From assembly GCF_006345805.1 (NCBI RefSeq), contig NC_043006.1, positions 1 to 64,000 of the forward strand: a DNA stretch of 64,000 nt, in the 5' to 3' direction. Source of the DNA: Octopus sinensis (Eukaryota). A model generated the notes under the pieces. It was given only the letters and a program-made list of their open reading frames with translations, ran no database searches and was not told the DNA's origin. Each line of letters opens with the position of its first letter. Within the stretch, counting starts at the first letter, position 1. Below, one piece after another: positions 53,236 to 64,000 of this stretch. A program made the position numbers and the translations under genes.

Positions 53236-54912
53236 TGAAATAGATTGGAAATAGATTGGAGAGAATGCATTATGTCGCTCTGCATTTCGTACAACTCATC
53301 ACTGCATGTTGGAGTGTAGAATATGGGGCTGTGGTTCTCAGTTGGGTGGAAATACGGAATTGTGGCAATAAAGAAACAGATGTGTGGGTCACACTGAGTC
53401 GTTCGCCTAACTACTTGCGTGTCATAGTTCGACTTGATCAGAGCTTACTTGGAACAATACTTCAACATCATCACCACCACCACCACTACCATCAACAACA
53501 TCCCCGTCGTCGTCATCATCATCATCATCATCATCATCATGGCCTGGTTTCGCGAAAGAACATTTCTGAAAGGAGCTCCCCTCCATCGACAGAAGTTTCA
53601 CTGGTGGCTGAGATCAATACGGGACCGGCAGACTCGGTCGCAAGGGTTGCAAGGTGAACTTAGCCTTGGGTTCAAAGGAAAGTTTCTCTTTATATCATGT
53701 TTGTGTCAGCATCAGAAGTGATATGCTCCAGATAGCTGGGCTGGTGAACTGCCTTCAGCTCTATTTCGCAGATGGTGATGCGAGGAAGGGAGTAATCTTC
53801 CTGAGATGGGTGGGCTACTAGAGAACAACAACAACAATAGCGCCATTTTTCTATTCTCAATCCTACATATTTATACCATTGTTCCATTCCTTGAACTCCA
53901 TAAGATTCAGGTTCTCTTGATTGCATCAACATTTTCATCAGGAAGTCTCCTAAATTACTGCCCATGAATTTGACAAATAACTCACTATCTAGACGAGCAC
54001 TCTAAAGGTTTCGTTGACGATGATACGAATGGTTCAAGAAATATATAAAAATAATACATATGTCTATGAAGATGCGACATGAAGTACTGCCGTAAATTAT
54101 GCTAATCAAATACAATACATATTGTCATATTCTTGACAAAGATGTGTTTAGTATGTTCTTTCTACGCCTTTGCTGTCATTTCTTAATGGTTTAATGAAAG
54201 AAGGAAGAGCAGTCTCAGGTCCTCCTTCCAAGACTGGTGGGGGGGGGGGGGGAGAAAAGGAAAAAGAAAAAAAGTTATCCTCACATTAGAGATTGGCCCA
54301 ACGTTTGTAACAGTATAGACTTCACCAAAGGCATCCCAGCGTTAAGAGTTGGTGTTAAACCGTGCGAAGGAATGAATTCAAGAACTGAAACAGTGTCTCT
54401 GACGGGCTGCTACTGCGCAAATATTCCTTTCTATTATAAGCACAAGGCCTGAGATTTCCGGGGAGAGTGCTTGTCGATTACATTACATTGACCCCCAGTG
54501 CTCAACTGGGACTTATTTTATCGACCCCGAAAAAATGAAAGGAATCAACCTTAGTGGAATTAGAACTCGGAACGTCATGATGGACGAAATGCTGCTATGC
54601 ATTTTGCCGGACATGCTAACAATTCTGCCAGCTCGCCGTCGTACTAAGTCACTATATTGGTTTCAAATTTTGGCACAAGGCCAGCAATTTAGGGAGTAAG
54701 TCGATTATGTTGACCCCAGTGCTCAACTGGTACTTATGTTATAGGCTCCGAAAGAATGAAAAGAAAAGTCAACCAATCGGTGGAATTAGAACTAAGAACG
54801 CAAGGACGGACGAAATACCACGAAGCATTTTGCCCTGTCAGCTCGCAGTTGATTTCAACTAAATTTCAATCATAAGGATTTAGTTGACCCAAGGCTATAG
54901 TACAAGACATTA

Positions 54913-55143
54913 AGGCGGCGAGCTGGCAGAAACGTTAGCACGCCGGACGAAATGCGTAGCCGCACTCGTCTGTCGTTACGTTCCGAGTTCAAATTCCGCC
55001 GAGGTCAACTTTACCTTTCATCCTTTCGGGGTCGATAAATTAAGTACCAGTTACACACTGGAGTCGATGTAATCGACTTATTCCCTTTGTCTGTCCTTGC
55101 TTGTCCCCTCTGTGTTTAGCCCCTTGGGGGTAATAAAGAAATA
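54913..55143 (+). mobile_element. Family C SINE; older minus-strand copies at ~54425-54640 and ~54660-54845
   Basis: Full head to AATAAAGAAAT end. TATAGTACAA is repeated on both flanks. Confidence 0.9.
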
Positions 55144-55503
55144 TATAGTACAAAGCATTGTTTCCAGCTGCCGTAAAGTGTAACAGGACGCAAAGCTACA
55201 TCGTTGCGAAGCAAACTTAACCCTGCAGCCATTGCCTTCGTCTGTATGAAGAATGATTAAAGGAAAGAGAAAGGATATTGCATGACCCACTTCTTAACCA
55301 TATCGCCATACTTGCGCCTGAATGAACCATTATTACAGAAAAGAAGAAAGAGATGGCCTAAGATTCTTGCCATTCCATATTTTGCAGCATGGTACTAACT
55401 ACATCGTGCAAGGCGCACATCTTTGTTTGGGAAGTGTAATTTTAGAGAAACAATTCCTTACGCAAACCAAATCTCTAACCACGCGATCGGGCAATGCCCA
55501 ACT

Positions 55504-55755
55504 TCCCTTGCGCCCTTTTAAAGCCTAGCCAGGCTCGTGGGCCCGGTTTCCCGGTTTCAATGGCATATGTGTTCCCCAGCTGGACGGGACGCCAGTCCAT
55601 CGCAGCGTTACTCATTTTTGCTAGCTGAGTGGACTGGAGCAACGTGAAATGAAGTGTTTTGCTCAAGAACACAACGCGTCGCCCGGTCCAGGAATCGAAA
55701 CCACAATCTCACGATCGTGATGCTGACACCCTAACCACTAAGCCACGCGCCTCCA
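55504..55755 (-). mobile_element. Family D SINE
   Basis: 12-bp TSD CAATGCCCAACT at 55492-55503 and 55756-55767. Confidence 0.9.
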
Positions 55756-56156
55756 CAATGCCCAACTAGCAGACGTTAAATGTTTGTTATTAGACAATGT
55801 TGGCCAATAAAACAGCAGCGTTTTCATGTCGGTCGTTGAGCAAAATCACCAAACAAGGGTTGCCTATTTGTTGGTCTGCTACTCTTCCCTTTAACCGTTC
55901 TGCGATTCCCAACCAGCATCGTGGAAGACGCGTGGTAATCTTCAAGGTATCTTTTATGCCAAAACTGTGCATCTTTCATACCACAAAAAACTATAGTTTC
56001 TAGGATTTGAACGTTTCAAATATACTTAATATTTTGACACTATATTCAAAATAAAGTGAAGTAGCTGTTAATCGAAACCAGATCGTAACCACTACTCAAT
56101 AGGAACTTAGTTCCAGTTTACGGGGCTCATATCAATTTATTACTCAAGTTTAGGCG

Positions 56157-56632
56157 GAATTCTGGTTTAAGTACCCCATGTAAACCCTCATAACTTTTTT
56201 ATATTTTGAAATTTGTATTCTACACACAGGAATTCATACGTTTTGTTTTTTTTATTTTCAGACCCCCTCCGCCTCACTTGAATCTTAAAATTTCTACTCT
56301 TTTTCGAATTCTTTTTCCTAAAAATCAGAGTTTAACATACGGACAGTCCAAACTAGTTGCTTAAATACCAGCATTGGTATTTTGATGCATCATCACTCCA
56401 TTTACGGGGAGAAAAATATTGAAAAACAGAGTGACAAAGAAATGAGGAAGGTATCAGGTAGTCGTGAGATGTGCTAAAAATAACAACTAAATAGCCTTTA
56501 AATCACACACAATTTTGTTTTCACAATCTTATGAATTCCCGTGTGTAGAACACAAATTTTCTGAAAATTTTCTGAAAATTATAAAAAATAAAAAATTATG
56601 AGGGTTTATATGGAGTGCTTAAACCGGATTTC
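56157..56632. mobile_element. MITE-like element with ~85-100-bp TIRs
   Basis: GGTTTAAGTACCCCATGTAAACCCTCATAA / TTATGAGGGTTTATATGGAGTGCTTAAACC, and TTCTACACAC.GGAATTCATA / TATGAATTCCCGTGTGTAGAA. Confidence 0.7.
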
Positions 56633-57436
56633 TGTCCAAGTTTATAAGGTTATTAGCCAACCAACTAGCAGGTTGACCATTTACTTCCTGTCGTGGAGGA
56701 TGTGTTACAATTATGTTCAAGACAATTATCAAGAACTCAATCCACCCAGCTGTTAACATGTACCGCTTAATGGAATAACTTATTGTTCTCTGGAGCCAAT
56801 GAGGATATTTCAACGTGGTTACTCGGCTTCCAAGAAATAACAACCAAACCTTCCTCAAACGATACTAACATCGTTTTAAATAACTCCTGCCCTAGGAGCA
56901 CATTGGATAATGTAAACTTACAGACATCATTTTATGAGTGGAAAGCCTTTTATCATAGACCTGTTATCATAGAAGTTTTATCATAGACCTGTTCAATCAG
57001 AATTGACCTAGGGCTAAACAAAAACAGCGACAACGACGACGACGACTACGACAAAAAAACTAACTGTTGTTAGCGGGGGGAGCACAATAAAACATACGAG
57101 TGCTTGTAGGGATGAGCTTAGGGTCATTCTTGCGGAAGAACAAACAATATGGCCTACTTCCAATCAAATACTTCACTATCACTCCAGAGGGCAACCCAAA
57201 AATTAAGGAATTATAATTAACTGTTTTTCAAGTTGACGAGTTTATAGTTGAATGCAATTCTCAAGAACTGAGGTTGATATAACCGACAACACACCTCCCA
57301 GACATTTGGAAACTGGCATTTGTGTTACAAATTATTGCAGCGAAACCTAAACGCAATTAATACTAAAGAGTTTAGTTGCAGCAAATTACAGAAGCAAATT
57401 TATAAAAGCGAAGAAATTAAGTTTATACACACATAT

Positions 57437-57520
<84 letters not shown>

Positions 57521-57528
57521 ATGTATAT

Positions 57529-57621
<93 letters not shown>

Positions 57622-57646
57622 CATATATATATATATACATATACAT

Positions 57647-57698
<52 letters not shown>

Positions 57699-57722
57699 CA
57701 TACATACATATATATATATATA

Positions 57723-57783
<61 letters not shown>

Positions 57784-57839
57784 ATAATATATATATATAT
57801 ATATACATACGTACATACATACAACATACATACATACAA

Positions 57840-57903
<64 letters not shown>

Positions 57904-58294
57904 GTGTGTGTGTGTGTGTGTATAAAGAGATTCAATTTTACCTCCCATGCTCGTACATTTAATGAAGATTAAATAGAAAGGAGAAGAAATTCAAAGCTAA
58001 CAAACAACTTTCCGTACCACATTAAGAAAAAAAAACCGGAAGTACGGTGACGTTATAATTACTTCCGTTAAGCATTGCTTAATTGTAAAACCTGGATATT
58101 TGCCACTCTATTATGTATGAATCAACATCCAAAATACCCGCAAATACGAACTGAAATACACACACACACGTTCACACACACACACGTTCACACACACACA
58201 CACACACACACACAAACACGTCCATGCACACACACATACACTCATTTACCATTTGCTGTCAGTGGAATGTGGCCACGCCGTATATGTATATTTT

Positions 58295-58823
<529 letters not shown>

Positions 58824-58899
58824 GAGAGAGAAAGGGAGAGATGTAGAGATAGACAACAAAACATATATAGCTACACAATACACAGTAGTGACATCTCGA

Positions 58900-60504
58900 T
58901 TATAAATGCGGTTACTTGGGAAAAAAACTAGTAAACCGAGATTACGGAAAACAGCGAAAGTAACGCGTGATGTAACGGGCGATAAATTGCATTTCACGGG
59001 CAAAACATGTACCAACGTCACATTTCGAGAAGAGACACGCGAAGCAAATTCTTCGTTGTGGATAATACAATCAATCTGTTTGTTTCAGATTGGTTAGAAC
59101 TATTCGGTTTGTGGCACCTCCCCATAAATCTTTATTGAAATAACATAAATGGTTGTCCCATTAAAAACAAGTCTTCGGAAGAACTGAAAAATAAAATTGA
59201 AAAAAAAAATCCCCGTAAGTGTTATCAGAGGATTTCGGTTTATGTAGACAGACGGAAACCTATTTCCAAGTAAGTGAACACGCTGCACCCGTATTTAAGG
59301 CAAACAGAAAGGTATCGTTCACGGCAATTGAAACCGTAAATGGACAGACTCGAAAAGAGTGGAGTCATCAAAAAGGTAGATTATTCGAAGTGGGCGGCAC
59401 CCACGGTATGTAATAAAAAAAATTAGGTTGTGTGCCGATTTCTCTACAGGATTGAACGACTGCTTAAAAAACATACCTCACTCCTGCTCCAGAGCGTCGG
59501 CTGCGGGGTCATTCCGAAAAGCTCTATCTGCGACGATTTCATCTCAATCGAAGGAGAGGGGCTTTCTCCGTCCGGGTTGCGGATCCGTGGAATAAGCTAC
59601 CAGACGAGATGGTGAAGATGCCGACGGTTCAAAGTCTCCCTTGACCTCAAGTGACCTGAACTCTTTACATGAACACCACCCTGTACATAATTCCATGTCC
59701 CCCTACATGGCCTTGCTTTTTGCTTTTTGAGCCAAAAAATTAACTAACTAACTAACTAACATACCACCATCCACTCCCGACTACAGAGAGCGTTTATTTT
59801 CAAAGTTAAATGGGGGGGGGGAATGTTTTCCAAATTAGATCTGTCTGGAGCCTATTTACAGATAAAAGTAAATGAAAAATACTCAAAGTATTTGAAAATA
59901 AATACTCACAGAGGATTGTAAAGATACACACGATTACTTTTTGGATTAAAAGTGACACCAGCAATATTCCAGCAAATCATGGATACTGTGTTATCTGATT
60001 ATGAATTTTCAATCCTGTACTTGGACAATATTTGTACTTGGACAATATTGGACAAAAGAGTAATTCTCGTGAACAGCATGTGGAACATATAAAAGCTGTG
60101 CTCAAGAAAATTAAAGCTTTTGGGTTCACTTTGAGTGAAGAAAAATGCGAACTCCTTCTACCCCAAATCAAGTACTAAAGGAAAATAATTGATAAATGTG
60201 GTTGATGTCTGGACTCGTCCAGGGAAGATGCAATAAGAAATATGCCTGCGCCGACAAATACTCCAACTTTACAAGCATTTCTTGGATTGGCAACCTATTA
60301 TCAAAGCTACATTCCTAATATGCACAAGTACTCCATTGAAAAACTTATTTAAAAAAGGAGTAAGGTGGAATTGGTCCACTAAATGCCAGAACACTTTTGA
60401 AGAAATAAAAAAAATTCTTATCTCAGACTTGTCGTTAGCACATTACGATCCCGAAATGGAGATCGTTGTAGCGTCAGATGCTTCCGAGCACGGATTAGGT
60501 GCAG

Positions 60505-60508
<4 letters not shown>
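58900..60508 (+). pseudogene. Ty3/Gypsy pol remnant (RT-RNase H)
   Basis: VDYSKWAAP, RLCADFSTGLNDCL, HPLP, FSKLDLSGAYLQI, INTHRGL, FGLKVTPAIFQQIMD and LAHYDP..IVVASDASEHGLGAV motifs. Confidence 0.85.
59478..59760 (+). mobile_element. 3' fragment of the (AACT)n-tailed LINE nested in Gypsy pol
   Basis: Collinear with 6802-7085. ACATACC is repeated on both sides. Confidence 0.9.
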
Positions 60509-60572
<64 letters not shown>

Positions 60573-60806
60573 TATATATATATATATATTATATATATAT
60601 AGTTAAGAAAGTTGTTTGGTAAGCACGGGGTGAATATATAAGAAAATAGTAAAGTGTGAAAAAACGACAGAAGGCTTAAATGTTAAAAAATATATATATT
60701 TGTGTCAAAATGTCTGGAGAATATTGGAAAAAATTTTTTTCCCTTTCCTTAAAATGACATAATTTTAAAAATTTTTAAAGAAATTACCGGTTTCGCGTGT
60801 AGATGC

Positions 60807-61031
60807 ACACTGCATCGACAACAGATTGCATTCCCAGAATATAGAATGATACCTTTTAGTGAGCACATTGAGAAATGTGCAAAGCAACTACTGCCACAAT
60901 TTTTAATCTTCCCATTTTACCAATGTGCTTTCGGATCATCAACACAAATGAGACTGAACAAGGAAACATTCTTCATTGAAAAGTACAAACCCAGACTCAA
61001 CCATCCGAACATACTGACACAGAGAAATTAA
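60807..61031 (+). pseudogene. GIY-YIG endonuclease C-terminal fragment (Penelope-type)
   Basis: TLHRQQI..PEYR.IPFSEHIEKC...MRLNKETFFIEKYKPRLN fits the H..H..R...E..FI....P.LN pattern. Confidence 0.7.
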
Positions 61032-61166
61032 CAAGGAAAAGGGAAAAAAAATTTTTAAGCGATTATCTCCCCTACACCGGAAAAAATCACTCACTACCTC
61101 CCCTTATTTAGAAATCTCCTGGAAATAAAACAACGATAATTCCATGCAATATAAACATAACGTCAC

Positions 61167-61205
61167 AAGAATTTGAAAAGCTACACGCGAAACCGTTAAT
61201 TTCTT
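61167..61205 (+). ncRNA. Minimal hammerhead-ribozyme-like motif (U3-A8 variant core)
   Basis: AAGAAT-TTGAAAA-GC-TACAC-GC-GAAA-CCG(T)-TA-ATTTCTT. The inverted arm preserves GAAA-CCGG-TA. Confidence 0.5.
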
Positions 61206-61355
61206 TAAAAATTTTTAAATTATGTCATTTTAAGGAAAGGAAAAAAAAATTTTTCCAATATTCTCCAGACATTTTGACACAAATATATATATTTTTAACA
61301 TTTAAGCCTTCTGTCGTTTTTTCACACTTTACTATTTTCTTATATATATATATAT

Positions 61356-61397
<42 letters not shown>

Positions 61398-62570
61398 TAT
61401 ATTTATTCCTTGGAACACGAAAAGGGGAGATGTTGTACGAGAGTACGACGCCCATTGGTGAGAATGGACTGGGCCATTACATATAAATGGCAGCAGTCTG
61501 AGTAAGTGAGGTAGTTCGTTGATGCGCTATTTCCCAGGTTCACTTCTTTTGGTGAATTGGAATACTGGGAGCTTGGCAAGCAGAGTGTCGATGGGCGCTT
61601 GTGGTTCTCTCCCGAACGAGCAATGCCGGCGGAGGGGGTACCGCCTCGGCGTACTATAGAGGGCTGGTAGAGGGCAAGTGTGATAATGGCCTAGGGGAGA
61701 CTCTGGGTTTCGATGAAAGCCAAACTTGTTCCCCTGACGTTCCCAAGTCTTTTTTGACATTTACTGAATCTGTTTGACATTTTAGAGTTAGTTACAAGTG
61801 CATTTTTAGGTTTCTGCCAACCAACCAATTCAATGATTTTCTAAGATTTGGTGTACAGGAAATACCTGTGCAGATGAATAATTTTCAGTGGGTGTAGCTT
61901 GCACTGCACTACCTCCACCTATTGGCCCAAGAAGACTTTCGCCGATGTGACATGAAAATTGACAAAACCAGGAACTTCCAAGGCCTCCGGTTTTATTTCG
62001 GAGATTTCCTTCTCCAAGGTAGATTACCAACCATGATTAAAGAGCTTCTATCTGCCCATGAGGTAAGCTATCTCATTTCAGACACCAAACTGACACTCAA
62101 ACACTCTATAAAGTGATCAAATATCACTCTGGTGACCGACGCGGAGTAGCTCATTCATACATAAGAAAAAGTACGATATGTGATTTGGGAATGCAAATAA
62201 GAATTGAATATAAATAATATATATATAAATATAAAAAAGTAATAGATATGCAATCTAAAAATATGTCAGGTAGCTTGAGTGGTACTGGTAACATGTAATC
62301 CAGTACAACCTGTCGCATGGTCGGGTCGTCGGTAACTAAACTGGAAACCCCACCAAGCTTGCTTAGTGAGGAGGGTGTTGTTTGGACACCCTGTGAGATG
62401 AAAAATAACACCCGTCAAAGGGCAGAGAAACTCCAGGACAGTCAACGGCCATCCAACAAAATATCTGTAAATATGTATATATATTTTTCTTATATGTATA
62501 TTTTTACTTTTATGTATATATTATTTATATTTAAATCATATTTTGTATTTTTCAATTGCATATATTTTAC

Positions 62571-62637
<67 letters not shown>

Positions 62638-63043
62638 TAGTGGGTAGCGATTTTCTTCACTACTTCAGGGAGTGACGACCCTGCTTGACACGAGTCCCGG
62701 GCTCAGCTGGCTCCTGCTGACAGTACCCGGTATTGGCCCCTATCCAGGGTTACGGAAAGGAGATAACCTTCAAAGAAATCCGGAGTGGAACTCCATAGGC
62801 GGTTTAGTGTTCGACTAGACTCTCTTCCGGTAGTTCCTGCGACCAAGCTGGTGCCAAGCGTAGTGCTCTGCACTCCTTTAGACTACGTCAGCAAGGTCGA
62901 AAGAGGAATCCTGACGATTGGGCTACCCAGGATTATTTTACATCTAGCCCAGGCCTGCGCAAAACTGGAGGGGACATGAAATGTAAAAACCAGACTGGAT
63001 TAGTTTATGCGCAACTCCATTGTCTCCCGAGACAAAAGGATAC

Positions 63044-63087
<44 letters not shown>

Positions 63088-63171
63088 CAACCCATGCTAG
63101 CATGGAAAGCGGACGCTAAATGATGATGATGATGATGATGATGATGATCACTCTTTTATATATATATATAT

Positions 63172-63300
63172 ATTGGTAAAAACGGTAAGATAACAAAAGA
63201 AAGAAAGAGACCTCAATATTATGTAAATAGAGGAAATTTATCTATAAAATAATATGTTACATTACTCGATAGTCAAGATAAAACTCTGAGTTTCAGATGC
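63172..63300 (-). mobile_element. AT-rich Penelope-like end abutting (TA)n
   Basis: Reverse complement TTCCTCTATTT..ATATTGAGGTCTC..TTCTTTTGTTATC resembles 47295-47355. GAAACTCAGAGTT is present on the minus strand. Confidence 0.45.
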
Positions 63301-64000
63301 CGAAGTGGAAATCCACAACACCATCTTTTCGGTTATCTGACCATCTGAAAAACGTTATGAAAAAACACCGTTATATAAAGGGAATTTACTGTATTATAAT
63401 TCTGCTCGCGAACCCACGTGCGTACTTATACGTCACTATGAAAACGTACACATCTTCACTCGCATTTTTCGCCAAATATATACGCATATATATATACAAA
63501 CTCATACACACACACATGCGTACCGTAAAAGTTCATACATACGTCTATATACGCACAAGCACAAGAAAAACCATGGTTAAAGCAGCTTAGACCCTACTAC
63601 ATGTCTAAACTCAAGGACAGAACGTTTCGGATCATGCCCATATGTGACTAAATTTATGTTACGTTTTTGGTCCCCAAAGAAAACAGATAGAACTTGCTTT
63701 CTATATTATGTCCCCAAAAGTTTTTTTATCTCATTATACCTTTTATTATTTCATATATTTTTATATTTTGACACATAATAATTTTTTCTGTACTCTTCTA
63801 TCCTGCATTTTTTCCTGTGCCTATATAGACGTGTATATAGATTCATTTTTAAATGTGTGTGAATATGTATGAGTGGGCAGTTTTAGATGTGTGCGTGTGT
63901 GCGGGCATAACAATGCACATATATATATATAGACGTTTTTACTTAGTATTTTTCCAATTTTTTTTGGCGGGGGGGATATATGTATATTCATTTTTTGTAT

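Larger units (their letters stand above)
60601..61347 (+). mobile_element. Penelope-like element: 5'-truncated copy with an inverted terminal duplication, in (TA)n
   Basis: Arms 60634-60802 and 61181-61347. The loop encodes a GIY-YIG C-terminus, and a hammerhead-like motif lies at 61167-61205. Confidence 0.8.

Noticed and set aside
53256-53657. His-rich ORF resembling a transcription-factor poly-His tract
   Set aside because: The His runs come from a (CAT/CAC)n repeat. No domain or convincing splice context was seen.
61410-63045. GC-richer islands (possible solo LTR at ~61422-61780 and RTE-like 5' UTR pieces)
   Set aside because: They are probably repeat fragments, but no second copy, TSD or ORF motif in the window supports a call.

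Overview
AT-rich, repeat-saturated eukaryotic non-coding DNA (intronic or intergenic). The SINE families and very dense (TA)n/(CA)n/(TATG)n microsatellites suggest an octopus genome; this is an inference. No recognisable host protein-coding gene is present. Most ORFs in the track are microsatellite translations or transposon remnants. Contents: Tc1 (DD34E) and mariner (DD34D) transposons; a full-length 5.35-kb Tx1/L1-group LINE; CR1/L2-group and RLE-type LINE fragments; Gypsy pol remnants; Helitron/MITE-like elements; more than 25 tRNA-headed SINE copies; and an intron-containing tRNA-Lys(TTT) pseudogene. The most interesting structure is a recurring family of foldback elements inserted in (TA)n tracts. 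One carries a Penelope-type GIY-YIG fragment. Several carry hammerhead-ribozyme motifs, and in two the core reads TTGANAA (a compensated U3-A8 variant). Three are joined to inverted copies of their own neighbouring DNA. Also notable: a Tx1 LINE that shares its 3' end with a SINE family and sits, with a TSD, inside a copy of that SINE. All alignments were made by eye, so boundaries of degenerate elements are approximate.
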